DNA of 64,000 nt, taken from NCBI GenBank assembly GCA_000830295.1, contig CP010425.1, positions 864,001-928,000 on the forward strand. The letters are read 5' to 3'. Source of the DNA: an archaeon GW2011_AR15 (lineage in GTDB: Archaea; Nanobdellota; Nanobdellia; Woesearchaeales; GW2011-AR15). The translations under genes and the position numbers were made by a program. Below the pieces are notes generated by a model, which was not told where the DNA came from, searched no databases, and saw nothing but the letters and a program-made list of their open reading frames with translations. Each line of letters starts with the position of its first letter. The stretch's first letter is position 1. Below, in pieces: positions 47,110 to 56,573 of this stretch.

Positions 47110-48378
47110 ATGGAAATAATATCTGATTTGCATCTTCATTCAAAATACAGCAGGGCATGCTCCAAAGACCTTGATATCAGGAATATGGAGAAATATGCCA
47201 GGATAAAGGGGGTCAATCTTATGGGAACAGGGGATTTCCAGCACCCTGAATGGCAGAAGGAACTGAAAAAAGAGCTGGCAGAAGATGGCACGGGAATACT
47301 GAGGACAAAGACAGGTTTCCCTTTTATGCTGACAAGCGAGATTTCCCTTATCTATTCACAAGGCGGAAAGGGAAGAAAAGTCCATAATGTGATATGGTGC
47401 AAAAGCCTTGAAATCGCTTCGCAGGTTTCTCAGGCATTGCTTAAGCATGGCAGGATTGATTATGACGGAAGGCCGATATTCGGCATGACCTGCCCTGAAT
47501 TTGTTGACCTTATGAAGGGCGTTGACGAAGACATAGAGATAATTCCCGCGCACATCTGGACGCCGTGGTTCAGCCTGTTCGGAAGCAATTCAGGATTTGA
47601 TTCTGTTAGGGAGGCATTCGGTGACAGGATAGACAAGATACATGCAGTTGAGACAGGCCTGTCTTCAGACCCGGAAATGAACTGGAGGCTCTCGCAGCTT
47701 GACAGGTTCGCTGTTGTAAGCTTTTCAGACAGCCACAGCTTCTGGCCGTGGAGGCTTGGAAGGGAGGCAACAGTGTTTGAGCTTGAAGAGCTGACTTATG
47801 GTAACATAATAAAAGCGCTGAGGACAAAAAAAGGCCTGAAGGAAACAATTGAGGTTGACCCCGGATATGGAAAATACCATTATGACGGCCACAGGAACTG
47901 CAATGTTTCCCTGAGCCCGAGAGAATCGAACAGACTCAATAAACTCTGCCCCAAATGCGGAAGGCCTCTTACAATAGGGGTTGAGAACAGGGTCGAAGAG
48001 CTGGCAGACAGGCCTGTTGGGTATAAGCCTGAAACTCCAATCCCATTCAAAAAATATATTCCTCTTTCAGAACTTATTTCAGCAGCCGCAGGAAAAGCTG
48101 TGGCAACAAAAGCAGTCTGGGCTGAATATTACAAGCTGGTCGGAAAACTTGGAAGTGAGTATGATGTTCTCAGGGCAGTTCCTGAAAAGGAGCTTGAGAA
48201 ACACGCAGGAAAAAAACTGGCTGAAGTCATTATGAAAAACAGGAACCAGCAGATTAAAGTCACTCCCGGATATGACGGCGTTTATGGAGTGCCTATAATT
48301 GATGAGAGCCAGAAGATCGAGCAGCCCGAGGTTGACATAAGAGACAGGCAGAAAGGACTGCAGGATTATATGTCCTGA
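47110..48378 (+). CDS. endoQ: Endonuclease Q (PHP domain plus zinc finger)
   Basis: DLHLHSKYSRACS, GTGDF.HP, PAHIWTPW, ETGLSSDP, SDSHS, GKYHYDGHRNC...CPKCG and PGYDGVYG. Confidence 0.88.
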   Translation: MEIISDLHLHSKYSRACSKDLDIRNMEKYARIKGVNLMGTGDFQHPEWQKELKKELAEDGTGILRTKTGFPFMLTSEISLIYSQGGKGRKVHNVIWCKSLEIASQVSQALLKHGRIDYDGRPIFGMTCPEFVDLMKGVDEDIEIIPAHIWTPWFSLFGSNSGFDSVREAFGDRIDKIHAVETGLSSDPEMNWRLSQLDRFAVVSFSDSHSFWPWRLGREATVFELEELTYGNIIKALRTKKGLKETIEVDPGYGKYHYDGHRNCNVSLSPRESNRLNKLCPKCGRPLTIGVENRVEELADRPVGYKPETPIPFKKYIPLSELISAAAGKAVATKAVWAEYYKLVGKLGSEYDVLRAVPEKELEKHAGKKLAEVIMKNRNQQIKVTPGYDGVYGVPIIDESQKIEQPEVDIRDRQKGLQDYMS

Positions 48379-48381
48379 ATT

Positions 48382-49023
48382 CTAGTTTGTGCTCTCTTTT
48401 TCTTCAGAAAAGAAGCCATGCCTGAGCTTGTGGAACAGGCTCAGCACAAACTCAAGGAGGACTATCGCTATCAGATACTGGACTATTATATGCGTGAATA
48501 AGGGCAGGGACATGAACTTCTCGATTGTGGTTTCAATGGAAAAATAAGTTGTATCAACTATAAAAATACCAAGCAGCACAAAAGGCACGAGCTTGGCAAC
48601 CTCCTTTGACAGTTCCTCATTATAATATGCTGTTATCCTTGAAACCACAATGACTGTCATTGAAATAAGCAGCACAGTAGCTACTTCATGGCTTTTTGAA
48701 AGGAAAAGCAGGAAGCCGCCTAAAATAAGGAACCATAATGCCGTTATTAATGGGTATATCACAAGGGACTTCACTATAAATACCACAACCCCCCAGGCAC
48801 TGACAAAAAATGCAAAGAAATTATTTTTTGGTTTTTTGAGCTTTATGCTTATTATCTCTCTTTTTGCCAGGTGCCTGTAGAAATGCCATATGACAACAAC
48901 ATAGATAAACATCCCCAGGGAATAGAGAGCCAGGTTTGTCAGGTTGCTCCCAATATCTTTTGTTATAAGCTCAGGAAGAGCAGAAAAATAAGTTGAGTTT
49001 AGGAATGAAGTAAAGTCAACCAT
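48382..49023 (-). CDS. Multi-pass membrane protein
   Basis: Five to six hydrophobic segments, with RITAYYNEELSKEVAKLVP in a loop. Confidence 0.72.
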   Translation of the reverse strand: MVDFTSFLNSTYFSALPELITKDIGSNLTNLALYSLGMFIYVVVIWHFYRHLAKREIISIKLKKPKNNFFAFFVSAWGVVVFIVKSLVIYPLITALWFLILGGFLLFLSKSHEVATVLLISMTVIVVSRITAYYNEELSKEVAKLVPFVLLGIFIVDTTYFSIETTIEKFMSLPLFTHIIVQYLIAIVLLEFVLSLFHKLRHGFFSEEKESTN

Positions 49024-49106
49024 GAAATAAAAATTGATACAATGGTATATAAATATTTCTCTTCAATTCCTTAACTTTAAATATAAAATTTAGTTCCCGC
49101 AAATTT

Positions 49107-50150
49107 ATGAGCGATGAAGAAAGTCTTGAGGAAAAGATTGCAGCGATTGGAAAAAGAACCAAGAGCATGCTCAGCGATTTTCATGTTCTTCTTAAATCAG
49201 GAGATTTTAAGGGCATATATGTCCCTGAATTCATACAGTTTGAGACTATGTGGCTGGAGCTTGGGTTCTATATTGACAGGTACAACATACTATATCATGA
49301 AAGGACAATAGCCAGTGATGATATCAAGGAAGGAAGCCTTGGCATATTCCTGCTGAACCAGAACAAATGGGGATACAGGAAGCTTTTGAAGCACAATTTC
49401 CGTAATCACCTGGCAAAAAGAAAACTGCTCCATAGCAGGGTTAAATTTACATCTCCGGATAAATACCTTGAGACAGTAGAAGATTACCTAAATAATACTG
49501 AATCTATGATACTCAAACTTTCCCAGGGGGATGTGCAGCATAATATAAAATACCTGTCTGAATCAATTGCAAAAAAAGGAGAGGCCAATTATCTCAGCGA
49601 GCTTGAGAAATTTCTCAATGGATTAAAGGAAGAATTCGCTCTTCTGGATAGAGACAATGAGTATGGTATGACAGATGAGAACAGGCGAAAGCTCGGCATG
49701 ATTGGATTTGACCTGAATTCCGAAGGGACGGCCTACAGCACAAAAGTGGAATACCGTCCTGTAGGCTCTCTAGAGATTCTTGCCAACAAGTCTACTTTTG
49801 ATGTCAGGTTCAGCAATTATAGCATGCATGATAGGATTGCAATAATAAATAATGACAATTATCCATGCCTTCCGGAGCGGCATGTCTCAGGCAGGATAGA
49901 CATTTCAGAATATCCCGGAAATTATGAGATTAACATCTATTCAGCATCAGGATACTCAGTCCTTAAACTTTTAAACTTTATAGGGCAGGACAATACCATA
50001 GATTTTCAGAGGCCCGGCAATATACAGGTATATGTAAACGGGATTAATAACAGGGTGTATACGCAGAGCATGATAAATATCAAGATGAACAAGCACCCGA
50101 GCAACCAGATATTAAATGAGACATTAAAGGAAAAAAAGCAGAGAAAATAA
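49107..50150 (+). CDS. Hypothetical protein
   Basis: 347-aa ORF with an upstream TATA-like box; no recognised motif. Confidence 0.65.
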   Translation: MSDEESLEEKIAAIGKRTKSMLSDFHVLLKSGDFKGIYVPEFIQFETMWLELGFYIDRYNILYHERTIASDDIKEGSLGIFLLNQNKWGYRKLLKHNFRNHLAKRKLLHSRVKFTSPDKYLETVEDYLNNTESMILKLSQGDVQHNIKYLSESIAKKGEANYLSELEKFLNGLKEEFALLDRDNEYGMTDENRRKLGMIGFDLNSEGTAYSTKVEYRPVGSLEILANKSTFDVRFSNYSMHDRIAIINNDNYPCLPERHVSGRIDISEYPGNYEINIYSASGYSVLKLLNFIGQDNTIDFQRPGNIQVYVNGINNRVYTQSMINIKMNKHPSNQILNETLKEKKQRK

Positions 50151-50153
50151 GAT

Positions 50154-51431
50154 TTATTTTTTCTTTCCGATTACTTTGACCGGCATGTATGGGTGCAGTG
50201 CCTTTGGTACATCAAAGCTGCCGTCCTTGTTCTGGTAATTCTCCATGATTGCAACGATTGCCCTTGATGTCGCGATTGCAGTTGAGTTAAGGGTATGGAC
50301 AAATTTCCTGTCATTACCTTCCTGATATTTTGTATTCAGCCTTCTTGCCTGGTAGTCTGTGCAGTTGCTGCATGAGACAGCCTCCCTGTATGTCTTTTGT
50401 GCGGGCATCCACACTTCAATATCATATTTCTTTGCTGCAATCCCGCCCATGTCGCCGGTACAGACGTTCACAACTCTATACGGCAGCTTTAATTTCTGGA
50501 ATATCTCCTCCGCGTTTTTCAGCAGCTCCTCGTGGAGCTTCCATGAATCCTTTTCGCTTGAGAAAACAAACTGCTCAACCTTGTGGAAATGGTGGACCCT
50601 GAAAATCCCCTTTGTATCTTTCCCGTGGCTTCCGGCCTCTTTCCTGAAGCATGGCGATACTCCTGCATATTTCAGGGGAAGGTCTTTCAGCTCGAGGGTT
50701 TCATTCATATGATAAGGGCCTATTGAATGCTCTGAGGTTGCTATAAAATAGAGGTCTTCTCCTTCAACCTTATACATTACTTCTTCAAAATCGCCCATGG
50801 AGACCATCGCAGAATATGGTGCTTTCCTCATCATATATGGCGGCTCCATAAGTATGAATCCTTTGCTGTAGAGATGGTCAAGCGCAAATTTAAGAAGTGC
50901 ATAATCAAGAAGGACAAGCTCGTTTTTCAGGTAATAAAACCTTGACCCTGCGATTTCAGAAGCCTTTGCAGTGTCTGCAAGGCCTTTTTCCTCAAGCAGG
51001 TCAACGTGGCTCTTCAGCGGGAAATCAAACTTTGGCTTCTCGCCCCATGTCTTTATTGTCTTGTTCTGGGAATCATCTGCTCCGACAGGAACTGACTCAT
51101 GCAGGATATTCGGGAGCAAAAACATTATCTGGTCTATCCTGCCTTTTAGCTCTTCTGTTTTTTCCTGCTGCTTCTTTATCTTATCAGGTATGTCTTTCAC
51201 AAGCTTTAACTTCTCAGCAGCATCTTTCCCCTGCTTCTTCAGGTCAGCGACTTCCTGGCTGAGTATATTCCTCCTGTGTCTCAGCTTCTGCTCTTCCTGC
51301 AGGGATTCCCTCCATTCCACATCAAGCTTCCTTACTTCCTCAAGCTTTTTCAGGAGGTCCGGCCTGTCCCTTTTTTCCAGGTCTTTTTTTATTATCTCAG
51401 GAGTTTCTCTTACAAGTCTGATATCAAGCAT
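50154..51431 (-). CDS. serS: Serine--tRNA ligase
   Basis: MLDIRLVRE, N-terminal coiled coil, ATSEH, CFRKEAG..G.DTKGIFRVH.F.KVEQF, SCSNCTDYQARRL and HTLNST. Confidence 0.97.
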   Translation of the reverse strand: MLDIRLVRETPEIIKKDLEKRDRPDLLKKLEEVRKLDVEWRESLQEEQKLRHRRNILSQEVADLKKQGKDAAEKLKLVKDIPDKIKKQQEKTEELKGRIDQIMFLLPNILHESVPVGADDSQNKTIKTWGEKPKFDFPLKSHVDLLEEKGLADTAKASEIAGSRFYYLKNELVLLDYALLKFALDHLYSKGFILMEPPYMMRKAPYSAMVSMGDFEEVMYKVEGEDLYFIATSEHSIGPYHMNETLELKDLPLKYAGVSPCFRKEAGSHGKDTKGIFRVHHFHKVEQFVFSSEKDSWKLHEELLKNAEEIFQKLKLPYRVVNVCTGDMGGIAAKKYDIEVWMPAQKTYREAVSCSNCTDYQARRLNTKYQEGNDRKFVHTLNSTAIATSRAIVAIMENYQNKDGSFDVPKALHPYMPVKVIGKKK

Positions 51432-51497
51432 TATTCTCTCACCATAGTGTGTTGTGAAACATACAGCATATTAAAATCTTTTTGAAAAAGGAGGGTC

Positions 51498-52844
51498 TTA
51501 CGCATCCGAAAGGTTAGTTGACCTCTTTATGAAATAAGCCAGAAGAGGGGGCACAATGAAGGAAGTGAGGAGGGCCATTGCTGAGATTACTGAGTATTCA
51601 GCTGCAGGGAGCACACCATTGGCAAGTCCGATTGAGGCTATTATAAGCGCAACTTCTCCCCTTGGAGCCATGCCTATTCCGACAAGAAGAGACTCATTTG
51701 GGCTTAGCTTTGAAAGCAGCGCCATTCCGCCGCACGCAATCAGCTTTGTGAGGAGGGCCAGGGCAGTAAGTATCAGGATTGGTATAAAAAATGCCACAAC
51801 TGCCTTTACATCAACAAGAAGGCCAAGCGATATAAAGAATATGGGTGTAAAGACAAGCTCCAGGGCAAAAGTCTTTTCTTCAAGTATAGCAAGATTCTTG
51901 CTTTTGTTAAGAATGATGCCTGCGAGGAAAGCGCCGACTATTGCAGACAGGTTTATCACTTCTGCGACATAGGCAAGAAGAAGCATGAATGACAGGGACA
52001 GCAGGAGCCTTTTTGTCCCCATCTCTTTCCTGTCAATATATCCTATAAAATATTTTCCGGTTACGATTGCACCCAGTAGGAATATAGTGGAGATTACAGA
52101 CACCCTTATTAGTGAAGCAACAGCATTTCCCTGGATATCGACAATATTTGTAACCGCTGAAAGCAGGAGAAGGGCGAGGATGTCATCTATAACCGCTGCG
52201 CCTATTATGATTTCAGAAAATTTTTTCTGGAGCAGCTTCATTTCTTTCAGTATCCCCACAGTCACACCAACGCTGGTCGCAGTCAGCGCAGCTCCCACAA
52301 ACATGGAATATCCGAAGCTGCCTCCGCTAAGTACAGCATAGAAATAGCCTGCCACAAAAGGGAAGACAATTCCTGCAAGGGCAGTCAGCAAGTTTTCTTT
52401 TGAAAAGAGCTTTTCTATCTTGCTGTGCAGGCCAACCTTAAACAGCAGCACTATGGCTCCGAGCTGTGCAAACAGGTGGATAACCTCTTCATGATAGAAG
52501 AAGACTGGAGCCTCTGCTGAGATCTGGAAGGGCAGGTTCAGCGAGTGCAGGAAGTCCCAGGTTATATTGAGGAACCCGGGGCCTATAAGAATCCCAAAAA
52601 TCATCAGCACTACTACAGTCTGCTGCCTGAAATAGAACACCGCAACTTCAGCCAGCACTGCCAGGAGCAATAAGAATACAATCTCAAAGTAGATATGCTT
52701 CTCAGGATCCAGGTTTCCAAAAAAAGATGCCCTTATTGTTGCGAATATCAGAAGGAGGAAGAGAAACCCGATAACGAGAGCACCAATCTTATAAACATGC
52801 TCAGTAACATTCTTATTCTTCAACCTCTCCGTTATCCTTCTCAT
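51498..52844 (-). CDS. Cation:proton antiporter (CPA2, NapA-like)
   Basis: LF.VGL, ALTATSVG, GAAVIDD, GAFLAG, PIFF and PRGEV motifs. Start reassigned to ATG 52844. Confidence 0.9.
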   Translation of the reverse strand: MRRITERLKNKNVTEHVYKIGALVIGFLFLLLIFATIRASFFGNLDPEKHIYFEIVFLLLLAVLAEVAVFYFRQQTVVVLMIFGILIGPGFLNITWDFLHSLNLPFQISAEAPVFFYHEEVIHLFAQLGAIVLLFKVGLHSKIEKLFSKENLLTALAGIVFPFVAGYFYAVLSGGSFGYSMFVGAALTATSVGVTVGILKEMKLLQKKFSEIIIGAAVIDDILALLLLSAVTNIVDIQGNAVASLIRVSVISTIFLLGAIVTGKYFIGYIDRKEMGTKRLLLSLSFMLLLAYVAEVINLSAIVGAFLAGIILNKSKNLAILEEKTFALELVFTPIFFISLGLLVDVKAVVAFFIPILILTALALLTKLIACGGMALLSKLSPNESLLVGIGMAPRGEVALIIASIGLANGVLPAAEYSVISAMALLTSFIVPPLLAYFIKRSTNLSDA

Positions 52845-52942
52845 CCAATCAGTGCAATATGAATTATTCTTATATATTTTTCCTCTTTTTTCACAAAATT
52901 TAAAAACAATCCAGATATGGGAAAAAGTAGAGAGGTGCCACA

Positions 52943-53563
52943 ATGGATTTTACGCTTATCTTGATAATTGGTTTAGGGATTGTTTTTGTTATACTTGCAT
53001 TGAAGATTGTAAAGATAGCACTGAAACTTATCGCAGTCTCCCTTATAGTGTTAGTACTCTCTACTGCGGTATTCGGCTATTTCTTCATAAAAGATGCACA
53101 GGACATAGCATCTGACTTTTCAGAAGGGAGGACACTTATACTTTTCACAGAAAGCGGAGACATAGTTGCCGGCCTTACAAAAGAGGATAACGAGACTATT
53201 GTGTTTGAAAGGAGGCAGCTTGATGAATTTGAGGCATATTACCGCAGAGGAGAATATACTGAGATTGCTGAGACTGACAAAAGAGTTTTTTTTATGGAAG
53301 CGGAGGAAGTAGATGAAGAGAACAAGACCGGAATTATCTTTAGCTTCCTGCAGAAGAGAATACCTGCGCTGAATATATCAGCCAGGGTGGCAGAAAAAGT
53401 TCCGGACAGAGCCACAGCCCAGATTATCATAAATATTATCGATAAGATGAGAAGCGACCCTCTTTATATATTCAAGGCCTACAAAGAAAAAAAGCTTTTT
53501 GTCTACCCTGAGACATTTGTCTTCAAGACACTAAGATATCTTACCCGAGGAAAAAAATCATGA
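52943..53563 (+). CDS. Membrane-anchored hypothetical protein
   Basis: Two N-terminal TM helices; ATGA overlap with the next gene. Confidence 0.7.
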   Translation: MDFTLILIIGLGIVFVILALKIVKIALKLIAVSLIVLVLSTAVFGYFFIKDAQDIASDFSEGRTLILFTESGDIVAGLTKEDNETIVFERRQLDEFEAYYRRGEYTEIAETDKRVFFMEAEEVDEENKTGIIFSFLQKRIPALNISARVAEKVPDRATAQIIINIIDKMRSDPLYIFKAYKEKKLFVYPETFVFKTLRYLTRGKKS

Positions 53564-55956
53564 GGAAACCAGTCTTACTAATTATTTTTTTGTTCCTTAT
53601 CAGCATCTCTGCAGTTTCAGCCGAGGAACTGGCATTTGAAGGCTGGGTGTATAACAACAAATCGCTTAACCTGGACACGACATCATATAAGACGTTCATA
53701 TCAGCAAACAAGAATCTTCTGATTTTATCAAACAAGTCAATAAATCTTGCTCTCAATACCTGCTCTACAGAAGGCGTGACAAAATTCTGCTATAACCTCT
53801 CGGAATATGACTCAGATCTGGGGGAATACAAGGCATATGTATATGCCTACTACAGGCAGCCTGAGATAACCATAACCAGGACAGCAACAAACAACCAGAT
53901 GAACGTGGGGGAAAAGGCAACATTTACTGTAACTATAAAAAACACAGGAGACGTCGATGCAAAGGATGTTATTTTTTCAGAGGATTTTCCCAGCAATATC
54001 GTAATAACAAAAGTGAAAAATGCGGATGCTGCAGGGCGGGCAATCTACTGGAAGGGAAACCTTGCAGCAGGAAAAAGCATGACTTTCGAGTATGATGTAA
54101 CATCTACTGGAATTGTTAATACGTACCTGAAAGCAAGCGTTCTTTATTTCGACGGCTTTGAGGAAAAGGAGGTTTTTTCCACTGAAATAAACCTGAAATC
54201 AGAGCAGGTAATTACTGTGGAGCTTGTGACTGATAAGGAAGAGTATGGGCTTAATGAAGAGATGCTGCTCAACCTCAGCCTCGAAAACAGCGGCGATGAT
54301 GATGTCACGGTCAAATCACTCAGCATACTGGTGCCAACAACCATCCAGGTTACAGATAAAAGCACAATGGAGAAAAGTGAACTTGGACTTGTCTGGTCTG
54401 GAAAACTTGAAGAGAATAAGACTAAGACATTTGGCCTGGGGCTGAAGAGCAACAAAACCGGCCAGTCATTTGTGATTGTTAATCTTGTATATGAATACAA
54501 GGATCAGGAATACAGGATAGAGAATACAAACAAGGAATTTTCTTTGTCTAATGAGGGGGTAGCTCTTACGACATCACTTTCAGACACTGAGACAGTAAAT
54601 TCAGAGCAGGAGCTTTCTATATGGGTCAAGCTATGGAACAAGAACCTCTATTCAAAAATAAAGAATATCGCTTTTTCAGCAGAGACAGAGGTAGCGAGGC
54701 TTGGGACTACATATATTGATTCTGTTGGAGCAAATAATACAGTTCTGCTCCTGAACACAAAAATAAGTGTCCCCAAATCGGATGAAGAGGTTTCTTTCCC
54801 TGTTGCTTTTTATGTAAATTATTCAACCGAAGACGGCCAGGCATATTCAGGCGAGCTGAAGAAAACAATTGTTGTAAAGCCGTTTAAGCAGGTTGCAATA
54901 ACCCCGAGCGTGACGTCAGTTACACTTGAAGAAGGAGAGGCAAAAGCAATCAGCGTAGAGCTTTCAAACCCCTCAGATAAGGACATAGAATTAATCTCAA
55001 TTGAAGCATCTATACCTGATATATTTTCTGTCAAGGGATCTACAGCCGCATCAGCTAGCCTTAACAATGGTGAGAGCATTGAAATTATATCCTTTACAGT
55101 AACTCCTGGAACTGCAGAGAAGGAAGAGAAATATGAGATAGATCTGTTTGTGGATTATACGGTGGAGGGAAGCCAGTACAGCAATGCAGGAGCAATAGAG
55201 ATAACAGTTGTCCCAAAAAAGCCAGAAGTGAAAATTGAAAAATCCTTTGATAAAAGTGAGGTGTATCAGGGAGAGCAGTTTGGCTCAAGCTATATAATAA
55301 CTAATGAGGATGATATATCTATATACAACCTTACTCTTGTTACAACACAGGACTACCGGCTGGATACTTTGTCATTCTTTAGTTATTTTATACCGAAGCT
55401 TGACCCCGGGGAGAAAATAACTTTTGATGCAGACCAGCTGAGGGCAAAAGAGAAAGGCACTTTCAGCATAGCAGAATCCAGGCTTGAATATTATAACAAA
55501 TACAGCAAGAATTTCTCAGAAACTTCAAATTCCCCCGCGCTTACTATTAAGGAAGCCAGGATAACAGGGCCCGTCCTTATGGTAAAAATAACTGCTCCGG
55601 AAAAAATTAACGCAGGAGAATCTTTTGAAGCTGAAATAAAGCTGACGAGTCTAGGGACGGAGGGGGTTTATGCGACTATTGACAACAAAATAGTGGGCAT
55701 AGATGAGGAATATATCATAAAAAAAGAGATGAAGTATGATGAACCCGGCACTTATACGATTGAGAAGGTATTTTTCGACTATGATTATCTTGACGGCAAG
55801 GCAAGGGCATTCTCAAATACTGTGACAGTTAGTGTGATTGCGGATGAGCCGGCAGCAGAGACAGCAGTCTCGGAGCCTCCTGCAGAACCTGAGAAAAAAG
55901 GGATCATCCAGAGCGTTGTAGATTGGTTCAAAAGTCTTTTAGGGATTGAGAGCTGA
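53560..55956 (+). CDS. Large exported protein with repeated DUF11/BatD-like Ig domains
   Basis: Signal SAVSA. Repeats such as VGEKATFTVTIKNTGDVDAKDV.FSEDFP...W.GNLAAG. C-terminal KKGIIQSVVDWFKSLLG amphipathic tail. Confidence 0.8.
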   Translation: MRKPVLLIIFLFLISISAVSAEELAFEGWVYNNKSLNLDTTSYKTFISANKNLLILSNKSINLALNTCSTEGVTKFCYNLSEYDSDLGEYKAYVYAYYRQPEITITRTATNNQMNVGEKATFTVTIKNTGDVDAKDVIFSEDFPSNIVITKVKNADAAGRAIYWKGNLAAGKSMTFEYDVTSTGIVNTYLKASVLYFDGFEEKEVFSTEINLKSEQVITVELVTDKEEYGLNEEMLLNLSLENSGDDDVTVKSLSILVPTTIQVTDKSTMEKSELGLVWSGKLEENKTKTFGLGLKSNKTGQSFVIVNLVYEYKDQEYRIENTNKEFSLSNEGVALTTSLSDTETVNSEQELSIWVKLWNKNLYSKIKNIAFSAETEVARLGTTYIDSVGANNTVLLLNTKISVPKSDEEVSFPVAFYVNYSTEDGQAYSGELKKTIVVKPFKQVAITPSVTSVTLEEGEAKAISVELSNPSDKDIELISIEASIPDIFSVKGSTAASASLNNGESIEIISFTVTPGTAEKEEKYEIDLFVDYTVEGSQYSNAGAIEITVVPKKPEVKIEKSFDKSEVYQGEQFGSSYIITNEDDISIYNLTLVTTQDYRLDTLSFFSYFIPKLDPGEKITFDADQLRAKEKGTFSIAESRLEYYNKYSKNFSETSNSPALTIKEARITGPVLMVKITAPEKINAGESFEAEIKLTSLGTEGVYATIDNKIVGIDEEYIIKKEMKYDEPGTYTIEKVFFDYDYLDGKARAFSNTVTVSVIADEPAAETAVSEPPAEPEKKGIIQSVVDWFKSLLGIES

Positions 55957-56008
55957 AGCGCAGCATTGAACAGTAAATTATATAAATCTCGCACAACAAG
56001 ATTCTACT

Positions 56009-56470
56009 ATGGCCGAGATACCCGCACTGGTATGGATTGTTGTTGGAATCTTTGTATCCATATTTTCAGTTATAATTGTATTCAGGAGCGGTGAGCCATT
56101 CTTTATACTGATGATTTTTGCCGGCATCGGCATGCTTGTTTTCGGAGGCATCAAAATTTTCTTAAGGAACAGGAATCAGGAGAGCCTTGTCGATGAGATG
56201 AGAAAAAGACACTCATCAAGAGGGGACAGCGAAGCAGAGATTAACATGGATGACTACAGAAGACAGAGGTCTGGCCAGCACCACCAGCAGGCGCATCAGC
56301 AGACGCAGCAGGCGCAGAGGCAGCAGGCACCTTCTCCAACTCCCAAGTCTCCTCCTCCCCAGCAGCAGAGCAATAGCCCGCCCAAAGGCCAGCAAGGCTT
56401 CTGCTCACAGTGCGGGACACCGCTGCTAAAACAGCATAAATTCTGCCCTATATGCGGCGCAAGAGTATAA
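56009..56470 (+). CDS. Two-TM protein with Gln/Pro-rich linker and C-terminal zinc ribbon
   Basis: Two TMs, HHQQAHQQTQQAQRQQAPSP linker and FCSQCG...FCPICG. Confidence 0.8.
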   Translation: MAEIPALVWIVVGIFVSIFSVIIVFRSGEPFFILMIFAGIGMLVFGGIKIFLRNRNQESLVDEMRKRHSSRGDSEAEINMDDYRRQRSGQHHQQAHQQTQQAQRQQAPSPTPKSPPPQQQSNSPPKGQQGFCSQCGTPLLKQHKFCPICGARV

Positions 56471-56573
56471 GAGGCCCGGCATATGGTTGATAAATATGGT
56501 TGATAATATAGTATCCACTTTGTATCATACTGAAGGCATATCTTTTTAAAACCCTCCGGATTTCAATTAGGGG